Source: Candidatus Marithrix sp. | Lineage (GTDB): Bacteria; Pseudomonadota; Gammaproteobacteria; Beggiatoales; Beggiatoaceae | Reading direction: 5' to 3' | Assembly (NCBI GenBank): GCA_045046925.1 | Contig: JASFYV010000223.1 | Location: 1-39,943 of the forward strand | DNA: 39,943 nt | Shown here: piece after piece, positions 1-10,293 of the stretch | How positions within the stretch are numbered: the first letter of the stretch is position 1 | Layout: every line of letters starts with the position of its first letter | The notes under the pieces: generated by a model | The model's input: the letters and a program-made list of their open reading frames with translations, nothing else | Told to the model about the DNA's origin: nothing | Databases searched by the model: none | Made by a program: the position numbers and the translations under genes

Positions 1-1
1 G

Positions 2-83
2 TGGCTATTCATATTCAATCCTTTCAGGATTTACAATAAACCCAATGGGGTGAAACGTGAATAGCCATAGGTGAAACCTATGG
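2..83. repeat. Multi-hairpin palindromic intergenic element (REP-like), possibly cut by the window edge
   Basis: TGGCTATTCA (2-11) is the reverse complement of TGAATAGCCA (58-67). Internal hairpin AATCCT-TTC-AGGATT (17-31) and a further hairpin CCATAGGT-GAA-ACCTATGG (65-83). Lies just downstream of the oppF-like stop. Confidence 0.6.
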
Positions 84-128
84 AACTGTATTTATATTAT
101 GTTTTTAAATACTATCGCCCTGTCATTT

Positions 129-1100
129 CTAGCTTTTAGATTCAGTTTGTAAATGACACCAAATTAAATGTGTAGCTAATGTTGTTAATTCTGGTTCAAT
201 ATGACGGCATTTTTCCATAACAACTGGACAACGAGTATGAAAGCGACAACCAGCAGGTGGATTTAATGGCGAAGGAACATCTCCTTCAAGTAATTTGTTT
301 TCATGAATTATATCTGGGTCTGGGATTGGATTAGCGGCAATCAAGGCTTTAGTATATGGATGTTGAGGCGATTTAAATAAATCTATGGCTGATGCAACTT
401 CAACTATTTTGCCCAAATACATTACTGCAACTCGATCTGCGATATATTGGACAACATTCAAATCGTGAGAAATAAACAAGTAAGATAGATTATATTCAGC
501 TTGTAGATCACGCAATAAATTAATGATTTGAGCTTGAATAGAAACGTCTAACGCTGATACAGCTTCATCACAAATAATAAATTTAGGATTTAATGCTAAT
601 GCTCTTGCAATTCCAATTCGTTGCCTTTGTCCACCAGAAAACTCATGTGGATAACGAGATCGATAAGAAGGCGATAAACCAACTCGATCAAGTAATTTAT
701 TAACTCGTTGTTCTAATTTAATTCCTTTAGCAATTCCATGGACTTTAATAGCTTCTCCTATGATATTACCTATTGTCATACGGGGATTGAGAGAACTATA
801 TGGGTCTTGAAAAATAATTTGCATATGTTGTCTTATTTTACGCAATTCAGATTTTTTCATTTCCAATATATTTTTACCCTCAAAATAGACTTCACCAGAA
901 GTTGGTTCTAATAAACGTAATAAAACCCGTCCTACAGTAGTTTTACCACAACCTGATTCCCCAACTAAACCAAGAGTTTCACCAGGATAGATTTCAAAAG
1001 AAATATCATCAACAGCTTTTACCCAGCCGGAAATTTGAGATAAAAAACCGCCACGAACTGGAAAATATTTACATAAATTTTTAGTAGATATAATTGGCAT
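129..1100 (-). CDS. oppF: Oligopeptide/dipeptide ABC transporter ATP-binding subunit (OppF/DppF type)
   Basis: Walker [22 protein letters not shown], signature FSGGQRQR, Walker [12 protein letters not shown]-terminal HPYT...GCRFHTRCP oligopeptide-ABC tail. Confidence 0.93.
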   Translation of the reverse strand: MPIISTKNLCKYFPVRGGFLSQISGWVKAVDDISFEIYPGETLGLVGESGCGKTTVGRVLLRLLEPTSGEVYFEGKNILEMKKSELRKIRQHMQIIFQDPYSSLNPRMTIGNIIGEAIKVHGIAKGIKLEQRVNKLLDRVGLSPSYRSRYPHEFSGGQRQRIGIARALALNPKFIICDEAVSALDVSIQAQIINLLRDLQAEYNLSYLFISHDLNVVQYIADRVAVMYLGKIVEVASAIDLFKSPQHPYTKALIAANPIPDPDIIHENKLLEGDVPSPLNPPAGCRFHTRCPVVMEKCRHIEPELTTLATHLIWCHLQTESKS

Positions 1101-1103
1101 TTT

Positions 1104-1532
1104 TTAACGAATAATATTATCTATACCTAATTCAAAAGCATCAGTTTTATTATTAACTTTTACTTTATAAAGACCAGAAGTTAGGCCAGCAACATCAAGT
1201 GGGATTACTTCGGCAAATGCTTGCTTAATTCTATTAGAACAAATTGGACGAGGTTTAGCAGTAATTTTTAAAATTAAAGTATCACCTTTTTGTTCTTCAG
1301 TAATTTGATCGATTACAGTACAAGAGTTTGGTAAATTACCGATGGCAACGATATTTACTTCTATTGGAAATAATTCTGTCACTAAAATACTAATATCTTC
1401 AATTATCACTTCGTTTGGGTTAATTTGTTTAATATCCGATATCATTTGGGCAACTATTGGTTGATTCGCTGATGATGAACAAGCTACCAAAATAAAACTT
1501 GTTAAAATTATTAATAATCTGAACATATTCAC
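1104..1532 (-). CDS. Hypothetical lipoprotein
   Basis: Hydrophobic N-terminus ending in lipobox LVAC. Small beta-rich domain with two further Cys (GNLPNSCT, PICS). Tightly packed between ubiB and oppF. Confidence 0.75.
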   Translation of the reverse strand: MNMFRLLIILTSFILVACSSSANQPIVAQMISDIKQINPNEVIIEDISILVTELFPIEVNIVAIGNLPNSCTVIDQITEEQKGDTLILKITAKPRPICSNRIKQAFAEVIPLDVAGLTSGLYKVKVNNKTDAFELGIDNIIR

Positions 1533-1539
1533 TCCAAGT

Positions 1540-3198
1540 TTAATGTTTAGTCAACACCCATAATAATATTATGCTACCAACACTACCTAACGTGATGCCT
1601 AATGGTAGTATATCCAAATCAAATATATTAGTTTTTAAACTTAATATAATGCTGGCACTAATTATAAATGCACAACCAATCAGTATCAGCATAATTCTTT
1701 CATGCCAAAGCTTAGTTTCTTCTCGCATCTGTTCTAATTCATTATTAAGTCGTTTCATATGAGTAGAATCAGTTTGATGCTGCATTAAAGCTTCATGTAC
1801 AAGCATTGGTAATTCTGGCAAATTTTCAGCCCATATTGGGGCATTATTACGAATAGATTTTAGAAAAGCTCGGATTCCAACCCGTTCATCCATCCAACGT
1901 TCTAGAAATGGTTTAGCTGTCTGCCATAAATCTAATTCTGGATAAAGCTGTCGCCCTAAACCTTCAATATTTAATAAAGTTTTTTGCAATAGTACTAATT
2001 GTGGTTGGATTTCCATTTGAAAACGTCTAGCAGTTTGAAATAAGCGTAACAGCACCATCCCAAAAGAAATTTCTTTTAATGGTTTATCAAAAATTGGTTC
2101 ACAAACACTGCGAATCGCACCTTCAAACTCCTCTACTCTAGTATTGGGTGGAACCCATCCAGAATGTACATGCAATTCTGCTACCCGTCGATAATCATGT
2201 TGGAAAAAAGCTAAAAAATTAGCAGCTAAATAATGCTGATCTTCTTTACTTAAAGTTCCCATAATTCCAAAATCAACAGAAATATAATGAGGATGAGATG
2301 GATTTTTAATATCTATAAATATATTTCCTGGGTGCATGTCAGCATGGAAAAAATTATCTCGAAAAACTTGAGTGAAGAAAATTTCCACTCCAATATCAGA
2401 TAAATGTTTTAAGTTAACTCCATGTTTCTTAAGGCTTTGCATATCACTAACTTGGATACCACTGATATATTCCATCACCATCACATTATTTAACGTATAA
2501 TCCCATTCTATTTCAGGTACATATAGTTGGTCAGAATCTTTAAAATTACGCTTTAACTGGGCACCGTTAGCGGCCTCTCTAATTAAGTCTAATTCATCAT
2601 ACAAAGTTTTTTCAAATTCAGCTACTACTTCTAAAGGGCGTAATCTTCTACCATCTGTCCAATAACGGTTTGCTAATCCGGCAAATAAATATAATAATTC
2701 TATATCTTTTTTTATCCTATTTTTAATTCCAGGTCGCAATACTTTTACAACTACATTTTTGCCGTTAAATAATTGAGCAGAATGAACTTGAGCGATAGAG
2801 GCTGCAGCAATTGGAACTTTATTAAATGTAGAGAATACTTTTTCTAATGGCATTGCATAAGCTTTTTCTAAAATTTGTTGAACTTCTTGATAGGAAAATG
2901 GAGCTACATTATCTTGCAATTTAGCTAGTTCAAGTGCTATGTCATCTGGTAATAAATCACAACGAGTTGATAAAATTTGACCAAATTTAATAAAAATTGG
3001 ACCTAGTTCATCTAATGCTAATCTAATACGAACAGCTCTGTTAAGTTTTTTAGAACTGATCCAATAGCCAGGTAATAAATAGGAGAATAAACGTAATGGT
3101 CGAAATAATTTAGTTGAGAATAATAGTTCGTCTAATCCATACCGTGCTAAAATACGGTAAATGGTTAACATATGTATGATTTGGCGAATAATTTTCAT
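1540..3198 (-). CDS. ubiB: Ubiquinone biosynthesis kinase-like protein UbiB
   Basis: GPIFIKFGQ, AAASIAQVH, VVVKV, FFHADMHPGN, DFG and two C-terminal TM helices. Start moved from 3228 to the ATG at 3198, which forms an ATGA overlap with the ubiJ stop. Confidence 0.95.
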   Translation of the reverse strand: MKIIRQIIHMLTIYRILARYGLDELLFSTKLFRPLRLFSYLLPGYWISSKKLNRAVRIRLALDELGPIFIKFGQILSTRCDLLPDDIALELAKLQDNVAPFSYQEVQQILEKAYAMPLEKVFSTFNKVPIAAASIAQVHSAQLFNGKNVVVKVLRPGIKNRIKKDIELLYLFAGLANRYWTDGRRLRPLEVVAEFEKTLYDELDLIREAANGAQLKRNFKDSDQLYVPEIEWDYTLNNVMVMEYISGIQVSDMQSLKKHGVNLKHLSDIGVEIFFTQVFRDNFFHADMHPGNIFIDIKNPSHPHYISVDFGIMGTLSKEDQHYLAANFLAFFQHDYRRVAELHVHSGWVPPNTRVEEFEGAIRSVCEPIFDKPLKEISFGMVLLRLFQTARRFQMEIQPQLVLLQKTLLNIEGLGRQLYPELDLWQTAKPFLERWMDERVGIRAFLKSIRNNAPIWAENLPELPMLVHEALMQHQTDSTHMKRLNNELEQMREETKLWHERIMLILIGCAFIISASIILSLKTNIFDLDILPLGITLGSVGSIILLWVLTKH

Positions 3199-3767
3199 GT
3201 TAATTCTTGGGTTTTCTGCTCTAAACATTCTAAATCATTACGCAAAATTTCTATTGCACTAGTAAAATTCTGCATTTCAACTCTAGTTGGCAAGTCTAAT
3301 TGATGAATTAAATTGGTTTCTAAATTATTAATATGTTTGTTAATATAATTTTGTGAGGAACGTATGGTATCACCGAAAATATATGCAACTGAACCTAGTT
3401 TTTTAGATAGTTGTTTTTCCCAGTCAATGTTTAATCGTTTAATAATTATCAATAGTTTGACAGCAATTTCTTTATCCCCGATAATATTGATTTCGGTAGT
3501 ATTATCTAAATCAGCAGTTGAATTTAGAATTAAATAGGATAAAGTAAAAGGAGCAATTTCAATAGTGACATCGGTTTCTCCTTGATAATTATTAAGAATA
3601 AAAATTCCCTTATCATCTGGAAACAGACTAAAACTACTTCCAGTACCAATTAAGTTAATACAAATAACTTTGTCAGTTATTTCGTTTAAAGCTGCTAAAC
3701 TAGTTGGGTTTAATTGTAAAGCTTGGTTTAACAGTGATGCGATTGTGGTTGCAAATATTTGATTCAA
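3195..3767 (-). CDS. ubiJ: Ubiquinone biosynthesis accessory factor UbiJ (SCP2 domain)
   Basis: Directly upstream of and coupled to ubiB. SCP2-like N-terminus, IDWEKQLSKKLG motif and C-terminal coiled coil (LPTRVEMQNF...LRNDLECLEQK). TTG start. Confidence 0.82.
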   Translation of the reverse strand: MNQIFATTIASLLNQALQLNPTSLAALNEITDKVICINLIGTGSSFSLFPDDKGIFILNNYQGETDVTIEIAPFTLSYLILNSTADLDNTTEINIIGDKEIAVKLLIIIKRLNIDWEKQLSKKLGSVAYIFGDTIRSSQNYINKHINNLETNLIHQLDLPTRVEMQNFTSAIEILRNDLECLEQKTQELT

Positions 3768-3846
3768 AATAAGCCTTGTTATTTATTATGTGGGTAACCT
3801 TTATAGTAAATCTGCTTCTTTTAATATGTTACGATAACATATTTAA

Positions 3847-4956
3847 TCATTTTAATCCATACAAACCACCAGCTTTAATAGTAATTACTCCTTGTAGTTC
3901 TAACATTAATAGAATAGAAGAAATTTTGCTAACATCAAGACCAGATAATTCAACTAGATTATCAATGGAACTAGAATTAGTGATTAAATAGTCCAAAATA
4001 AGCTGATGCTCATTATCTAAGTTTGTTGTTTTTGCTTGAGTAGGGATTTTTATAACTGGTATTTGTATTGGAATCGGAGGTCGATAAATATCTAATTCTT
4101 CAAGAATATCATTTACGTTTTCTACTAATTTAGCTCCTTCTTTTATTAAACGATTACAGCCTTTTACTAGTGGATTGTAAATAGAACCAGGTATAACAAA
4201 AACTTCTCTTCCCTGTTTAAGTGAGTGTTGAACAGTATATAAAGCTCCACTCTTATCAGGAACTTCTATAACTAATACTCCTAAACTTAAACCACTGACA
4301 ATACGGCTTCTAATTGGAAAATTTTGGCGTTTTATTGTAGTTCCAATCGGAAATTCTGAAATTAAAGCCCCACCATTTTGAGCAATTTGATGAGCAAGTT
4401 CTCTATGCCCTGAAGGATAAACTCTATCTAAACCAGTACCAGCAACTGCGATAGTTTTACCAGTAGCATTTAAAGCTCCTATATGACCAGCTCCATCAAT
4501 ACCATAAGCCATACCGCTAGTAATTGTAAAACCTTGATAAGATAAATTAGTAGCAAATTCCATCGCAATTTGCTTTCCCTCTTCAGAAGCTTTGCGAGTT
4601 CCTACTATGGCTATTTGTTGGCTGGTTAGTAATTTATAATTACCATGAATAAATAATATTGGTGGTGGATCATCAATGCTTTTTAGCATTGGAGGATAGT
4701 CTGGATGTTCAAGAGTTAATATGTGATTATTAGGTTGCTCTAGCCATTGCAGATCATTTTCAATAATTTTCCAATCGATATTTTCTAAATACTGAATCAG
4801 ATTCGCTTTCATATTTATAGCTTGCCATTCAGATCGACCGGCTGTAAAAACATCTTGTGGACTACCAAAATGTTTGATTAAACGCATAAAATTAACTGGT
4901 CCTATTTTAGGAGCATATAATAGAGCCAACCAATATTCGAGATTTACAGGTTTCAA
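3847..4956 (-). CDS. dprA: DNA-processing protein DprA
   Basis: YPPMLKSIDDPP, IAIVGTRKAS, TSGMAYGID, SEFPIG, NFPIRSRIVSGLS, GCNRLIKEGAK and C-terminal winged helix LLMLELQG. TTG start overlaps the upstream stop (TTGA). Confidence 0.95.
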   Translation of the reverse strand: MKPVNLEYWLALLYAPKIGPVNFMRLIKHFGSPQDVFTAGRSEWQAINMKANLIQYLENIDWKIIENDLQWLEQPNNHILTLEHPDYPPMLKSIDDPPPILFIHGNYKLLTSQQIAIVGTRKASEEGKQIAMEFATNLSYQGFTITSGMAYGIDGAGHIGALNATGKTIAVAGTGLDRVYPSGHRELAHQIAQNGGALISEFPIGTTIKRQNFPIRSRIVSGLSLGVLVIEVPDKSGALYTVQHSLKQGREVFVIPGSIYNPLVKGCNRLIKEGAKLVENVNDILEELDIYRPPIPIQIPVIKIPTQAKTTNLDNEHQLILDYLITNSSSIDNLVELSGLDVSKISSILLMLELQGVITIKAGGLYGLK

Positions 4957-5771
4957 GGTAGAGTGACAATATCAAATTGATTTATAGGTTTATCTGCCTT
5001 AATTACTAAAGCATAACTTACTTGTTCAAAAACTTGAAAAACTAATAATTTTCCTATTAATTCTCTTGGCAACATAACGTTTTCATTAGAGATTTTATCT
5101 TTAGTAAAACGATTATCTTTTTCGATGGCCAATATATGGCCTTTTTCAATATCACTATCTGTACCTTTATTTATCACTACAATTTGATATTTTCCAATTG
5201 ATAAAGTTCCGTCAAGTAAAGCGATAATATAAGCTTCTTCTAAATTGTCTGGAGAATGAAGATAAAAATCTTCAGGGAAACCATGTTTTACAACTGGTGT
5301 TAAACGTGAACCAGTACCAATTTCCATAACTGCAGAAGTAACATTTAATACAGCAGGATCACCAATTTTTTCAACTACTGATTCACCAAGATAGATTCCC
5401 TCATATGCTAGTATATCTTCACTATCTTCAACAGGATTACGATAAGCTTGTCCAAGTCTTATAATGGCATATTTTTTTCCTTGAATAGCATCATCAAGAT
5501 TACGCACATAAATTTTACTACCTTGACTTACAAATAAAGAATTTTCAGTATTTGAAATAATATAACCCATATCTTCGATTTCATCAGGTGTAACAATTTT
5601 AGGTCTGTTTAAAAAATGTTGAACCATTTCCATTTGTAAAGATGGAATTTCATGTTTTCTTTTAATAATTCTTATTTCTGGTGACATTATTACTGTACGT
5701 TCATCTTTAGCCAAAACATAATTTAAACTAAAAATTATAGATAAGCATATAAGTAGGATTATTTTTTTCAT
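4953..5771 (-). CDS. Exported TsaP-like protein (family usually LysM-containing and adjacent to dprA); no LysM domain visible
   Basis: Signal peptide, then SPEIR..IPSL..FLNRP, EDILAYE..YLG, YQIVVINKG...G..L, LP.E..G.LLVF.VFEQVSYALV, which match the post-LysM part of the gene normally upstream of dprA. Confidence 0.7.
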   Translation of the reverse strand: MKKIILLICLSIIFSLNYVLAKDERTVIMSPEIRIIKRKHEIPSLQMEMVQHFLNRPKIVTPDEIEDMGYIISNTENSLFVSQGSKIYVRNLDDAIQGKKYAIIRLGQAYRNPVEDSEDILAYEGIYLGESVVEKIGDPAVLNVTSAVMEIGTGSRLTPVVKHGFPEDFYLHSPDNLEEAYIIALLDGTLSIGKYQIVVINKGTDSDIEKGHILAIEKDNRFTKDKISNENVMLPRELIGKLLVFQVFEQVSYALVIKADKPINQFDIVTLP

Positions 5772-6224
5772 ATTATATGTAACTAAATTGAATTTTTAAA
5801 TATAAAACTATACTATAATGATTTAGAAAAACAAATATTTTTATAGTTTAATTGTTGATTATAGATAATTTCAAATAACTTTGATTAATTATGGATTGGA
5901 ATGAAAATAAGTATAGTAATTATTTAATTACTTGTATTAACTTAGAAAATTTAAATATTTTTATAAATTTATAATCTATTTCATTACCTAACTTTAACAG
6001 GTTATCGTAATATTAAAATAAATGATTGATATTTTTTGAATTTAATTAAGAATTGTTTTTTTTATAAAACTTGTTTAATAAATTTGCAACTGATTGCCAT
6101 AATAATTCGGCTAACAATAATCCTAAGTTCAGCTAAAAAAAATTTGATATATATTGGATTAATTTTAATGAGTAAATGGGTAATTGTAAATAAATATTAT
6201 GTATATACTAACTTTGATTAATTA

Positions 6225-8084
6225 ATGACTCAACCATTACTAGAACATATACAAAATCCTGAAGATTTGCGTAATTTATCAGAACTTCAATTACCAAAAT
6301 TAGCAGATGAATTACGGGAATTTTTAGTAGAAACACTAAGTCGTACTGGGGGACATTTTGCCTCTAATTTAGGAGTAGTCGAATTAACTATTGCTCTTCA
6401 TTATATTTTTAACACTCCTGAAGATCGTTTAATCTGGGATGTTGGACATCAAAGCTATCCACATAAAATCCTTACTGGTAGACGTGAAAAAATGTCAGGT
6501 TTACGTCAATATAATGGTATTGCTGGTTTTCCTAAACGTAGTGAGAGTATTTATGATAGTTTTGGAGTAGGTCATTCTAGTACTTCTATTAGTGCAGCTG
6601 TAGGAATGGCTATTGCCAATCGACATTTAAAATCAGATAGAAAATCTATAGCAATTATAGGTGATGGTGCTATGACAGCTGGTATGGCATTTGAAGCATT
6701 GAATCATGCCGGAGATATAGATGATATTAATTTATTAATTATTTTAAATGATAATGATATGTCAATCTCTCCGAATGTAGGTGGGCTATCCAACTATTTA
6801 GTCAAAATTTTATCCAGTCAATTTTATGCTTCAGTACGAGAAGGTAGTAAACAAATTCTCAAACGAATGCCAACTATGCGAGAATTAGCAAAGCGTACTG
6901 AAGAACATATGAAAGGTATGATAATTCCAGGAACTTTGTTTGAGGAATTGGGTTTTAATTATATTGGTCCTATTGATGGTCATGATTTACCTAATTTGCT
7001 TTCTACTTTAAAAAATATGAAGGTTTTAGAAGGCCCTCAATTTTTACATGTCATTACTAAAAAAGGTAAAGGTTTTCCTAGTGCCGAAGATAATCCATGC
7101 ACTTATCATGGGGTAACTGCTTTTAATCCTAAAACTGGGAAAATGGTAGCCAAAAAAACAATTATTCCAACTTATACCCAGGTTTTTAGTGACTGGTTAT
7201 GTGATATGGCTACTCATGATAAAAATTTAATTGGAATTACTCCAGCTATGCGAGAAGGTTCTGGATTAGTGAATTTTTCTAAATTATTTCCAGATCGTTA
7301 TATTGATGTTGGGATTGCTGAACAACATAGTGTAACTTTAGCAGCAGGATTGGCATGCGAAGGTTTAAAACCAGTTGTTGCGATCTATTCTTCTTTTTTA
7401 CAACGAGCTTATGATCAATTAATTCATGATGTTGCATTGCAAAATTTACCAGTTTTATTTGCCATCGATCGAGGTGGATTAGTTGGTGCAGATGGTCCAA
7501 CTCATTCAGGTTGTTTTGACTTGTCTTATCTACGTTGCATCCCCAACATATTAGTCATGACTCCAGCTGATGAAAATGAATGTCGACAAATGTTATCCAC
7601 AGGGTTTAATTATAATGGGCCGAGTGCAGTACGTTATCCACGTGGTTGTGGTACTGGAGTAGCAATTGATCCTAATTTAACTACTTTAACTATTGGTAAA
7701 GCTAAGTTGAGTAGACAAGGTAGTAAAATTGCTATTTTAGTGTTTGGTACTCTATTAACTGTTGCATTAAAAGCTGCCCAAAAATTGGATGCAACTGTTG
7801 TTAATATGCGTTTTGTTAAACCGTTAGATATTGATATGATTTTACAAATAGCTACACAACATGAGTTATTAGTAACTATAGAGGAAAACGTTGTAATGGG
7901 TGGAGCTGGTAGTGCTGTTAATGAAATTTTATATGCTAATAAAAATTCAGTATCAGTATTAAATTTAGGATTACCAGATAGTTTTATTAACCATGGTGAC
8001 ACTGCTATTCTTTTAACTCAATGTGGGTTAGATGTTGATGGAATAATAAATTCTATTACCAATCATTTGGGAAATATAACCTAA
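6225..8084 (+). CDS. dxs: 1-deoxy-D-xylulose-5-phosphate synthase
   Basis: [18 protein letters not shown]-binding [30 protein letters not shown]; 619 aa. Confidence 0.98.
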   Translation: MTQPLLEHIQNPEDLRNLSELQLPKLADELREFLVETLSRTGGHFASNLGVVELTIALHYIFNTPEDRLIWDVGHQSYPHKILTGRREKMSGLRQYNGIAGFPKRSESIYDSFGVGHSSTSISAAVGMAIANRHLKSDRKSIAIIGDGAMTAGMAFEALNHAGDIDDINLLIILNDNDMSISPNVGGLSNYLVKILSSQFYASVREGSKQILKRMPTMRELAKRTEEHMKGMIIPGTLFEELGFNYIGPIDGHDLPNLLSTLKNMKVLEGPQFLHVITKKGKGFPSAEDNPCTYHGVTAFNPKTGKMVAKKTIIPTYTQVFSDWLCDMATHDKNLIGITPAMREGSGLVNFSKLFPDRYIDVGIAEQHSVTLAAGLACEGLKPVVAIYSSFLQRAYDQLIHDVALQNLPVLFAIDRGGLVGADGPTHSGCFDLSYLRCIPNILVMTPADENECRQMLSTGFNYNGPSAVRYPRGCGTGVAIDPNLTTLTIGKAKLSRQGSKIAILVFGTLLTVALKAAQKLDATVVNMRFVKPLDIDMILQIATQHELLVTIEENVVMGGAGSAVNEILYANKNSVSVLNLGLPDSFINHGDTAILLTQCGLDVDGIINSITNHLGNIT

Positions 8085-8121
8085 ATATTTTCTTCTATAT
8101 TAAAATAAGGAATTTTATAAT

Positions 8122-8904
8122 ATGACTGAACCAGCTATGCCTGATGTTCAAGGTAGTACTGATACACGCAATATTGCTATTGATAAGGTAGGAATAAAAG
8201 ATATTAAGTACCCAGTACGAGTTAAAGATCGTTCTGGTCGGGAACAACATACTATCGCTAATTTTAATATGTATGTAAATTTACCACATAATTTTAAAGG
8301 TACTCATATGTCTCGATTTGTGGAGATTCTTAATGAACATGAATACGAAATTACGATTGAATCGTTTAAAATTATGCTTTCTGAAATGACTGCTCGTTTA
8401 GAGGCAGAATCTGGTCATATAGAAATGACTTTTACTTATTTTATTAGAAAATCAGCTCCTGTTTCTGGAGTAAAAAGTTTACTTGATTATGAAGTAACAT
8501 TTATAGGAGAATTAGTTAATAAAGTTCCAGTAATTACTTTAAAAGTTATTATTCCAGCTACTAGTTTATGTCCTTGTTCTAAAGAAATTTCTGATTTTGG
8601 AGCCCATAATCAACGTTCTCATATTACAATTATGGTTAAAACTAATGGTTTTTTGTGGATCGAAGATATTATTGATTTAGCTGAAAAGGAAGCTTCTAGT
8701 GAATTATATGGTCTGTTAAAACGACCAGATGAAAAGAGAGTTACTGAGCAAGCTTATAATAACCCTAAATTTGTTGAAGATATAGTGCGAGATGTTGCAG
8801 CAAAGCTCAATCAAGATCAACGAATTTCTTCTTATTCAATTGAATCAGAGAATTTTGAATCTATTCATAATCATTCAGCTTATGCAATGATAATAAAAAG
8901 TTAA
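8122..8904 (+). CDS. folE2: GTP cyclohydrolase FolE2 (type IB)
   Basis: [44 protein letters not shown]. dxs-folE2 is a common gene order. SD-like AAGGA upstream. Confidence 0.96.
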   Translation: MTEPAMPDVQGSTDTRNIAIDKVGIKDIKYPVRVKDRSGREQHTIANFNMYVNLPHNFKGTHMSRFVEILNEHEYEITIESFKIMLSEMTARLEAESGHIEMTFTYFIRKSAPVSGVKSLLDYEVTFIGELVNKVPVITLKVIIPATSLCPCSKEISDFGAHNQRSHITIMVKTNGFLWIEDIIDLAEKEASSELYGLLKRPDEKRVTEQAYNNPKFVEDIVRDVAAKLNQDQRISSYSIESENFESIHNHSAYAMIIKS

Positions 8905-8910
8905 TTATTC

Positions 8911-8931
8911 ACCAAGGCAATCAGCCTTGGT
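8911..8931. terminator. Hairpin between convergent genes, probable bidirectional terminator
   Basis: ACCAAGGC-AATCA-GCCTTGGT, a perfect 8-bp stem between the folE2 and TlpA-like stops. Confidence 0.65.
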
Positions 8932-8934
8932 ATC

Positions 8935-9432
8935 TTATTTAATTGTAAGTTTATTCCAATTTTTTTCAATATCCTCTATTTTTGGAACATTTACGCCTCG
9001 ATACATAATATTACCGTTGGCTGCTATGATAATCTGAGTAGGAGTACCAATTATTTGGTAATATTTGCTAATAATCCCACCTTCATCAAAAATAAATTGG
9101 TATTTTAAGTTATGTTTTTTTTGATATTTTTTTACTGTTTTAATAGTATCATTCATACCAATATTGATTGCTAATATAGGAAAACTTTCAGCAAATTTAT
9201 CATTAAACTTAATTAGGTCTGGAATCTCACTTAAACAATTAGGACACCATGTAGCCCAAAATACTAGTAATACTGGTTTTTTGCCAATATAGTCATCTTG
9301 TATTGATATTTGTTTACCATCTAAAGTTATTGCTGTAAAATTTATGGCTTTATCACCTACTTGATTTTCAGCAGCAACTTGTGTGATTGATAAAAATATA
9401 ATTACAGTAAATATTTTACTAAAGTATTTCAT
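8935..9432 (-). CDS. TlpA/ResA-family thiol-disulfide oxidoreductase, exported
   Basis: Signal peptide, GDKAINF, FWATWCPNC active site and cis-Pro motif IGTPT. Confidence 0.88.
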   Translation of the reverse strand: MKYFSKIFTVIIFLSITQVAAENQVGDKAINFTAITLDGKQISIQDDYIGKKPVLLVFWATWCPNCLSEIPDLIKFNDKFAESFPILAINIGMNDTIKTVKKYQKKHNLKYQFIFDEGGIISKYYQIIGTPTQIIIAANGNIMYRGVNVPKIEDIEKNWNKLTIK

Positions 9433-9438
9433 ATTTAA

Positions 9439-9915
9439 TTAATGTTTATGCGAAGAAGAGGTTGGAACTTCTCCCAATTTACGATTAATTAATAATTTAG
9501 CTACTGCTTTATCTTCTTCTAATGCAGTTATCGCTATTTCTTCAGCAGTTACCCCGTCTACATCGATTGTTTCAATTTCAATCATATGTGCATTAGGATA
9601 CATCCAACCAGTAATCGTAGCTTGCTTTCCTATTACAGTTTTATGTCCACGAATAATATCATGACCATTAGAGTTATTAACAAAGTTCCAAAATGTTCCA
9701 TCACCTAATTTTAATCCAACATCATGACTAGTATATAAACTACATTGAGCATTAGCACCAGATAATTTTTTTAAACTGCAACCAATACAAATTAACTCAC
9801 CCTTTAAAACAATAATATCATTACCTTTAGATTTATCCCATCCTCCAGCAAATACTGAATTTGATAAGATAATACCTAATATTAAAAACAACCCATTTTT
9901 TAAAAACTTTTTCAT
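9439..9915 (-). CDS. Hypothetical exported Cys/His-containing protein
   Basis: Signal peptide ending VFA, GELICIGC...QC...SH motif, SD AAGGA upstream, 6 bp from the TlpA-like gene. Confidence 0.75.
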   Translation of the reverse strand: MKKFLKNGLFLILGIILSNSVFAGGWDKSKGNDIIVLKGELICIGCSLKKLSGANAQCSLYTSHDVGLKLGDGTFWNFVNNSNGHDIIRGHKTVIGKQATITGWMYPNAHMIEIETIDVDGVTAEEIAITALEEDKAVAKLLINRKLGEVPTSSSHKH

Positions 9916-10106
9916 TAATTTTTTCCTTTGTTTTAGTTTTTAAGAATAATCTTATTTTTATAAATAAACTAATTAAATTCAAATAATTATTTTTAATTTT
10001 ATAATTCAAAGTCTACCTCAAATCTTAAAAAAACTAAAGGCTTATTTAAACCAAAATAATCTAAATAAAGAATATCGTAAAAACTTATTTAAAGAAGGAT
10101 ACTGAA

Positions 10107-10181
10107 TGGAGCCGATAACAGGACTCGAACCCGTAAATCCTGATTACAAGTCAGGTGCTTTACCAGCTAAGCTATATCGGC
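10107..10181 (-). tRNA. tRNA-Thr (anticodon UGU)
   Basis: Reverse complement folds as acceptor GCCGATA/TATCGGC, D arm GCTT/AAGC, anticodon arm CCTGA-CTTGTAA-TCAGG and T arm ACGGG-TTCGAGT-CCTGT, with encoded CCA; 75 nt. Confidence 0.95.
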
Positions 10182-10211
10182 GTTGGTTAAGGATAGATAG
10201 TTGGAATATAT

Positions 10212-10240
10212 ATAATATATGCTTTTTTAAAAAAAGTCAA
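10212..10240 (-). promoter_or_regulatory. Sigma-70 promoter of the tRNA-Thr gene
   Basis: Minus strand TTGACT (10240-10235), 17-bp spacer, TATTAT (10217-10212), about 30 bp upstream of the tRNA 5' end. A/T tracts upstream resemble an UP element. Confidence 0.7.
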
Positions 10241-10293
10241 GTTTTAAATTAAAAAATTAAAAAAAATTAAAAAAAATGAAATCAATTTTAAAA

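Noticed and set aside
3199-3228. N-terminal extension of UbiB given by the ORF track
   Set aside because: It overlaps ubiJ by 34 bp; the ATG at 3198 gives a standard ATGA coupling.
6036-6221. 61-aa ORF upstream of dxs
   Set aside because: TTG start, no SD, and Ile/Lys/Asn-rich composition typical of chance ORFs in AT-rich promoter DNA.
10107-10181. tRNA as an integration site for a genomic island
   Set aside because: No integrase and no duplicated tRNA 3' end were seen in the window.
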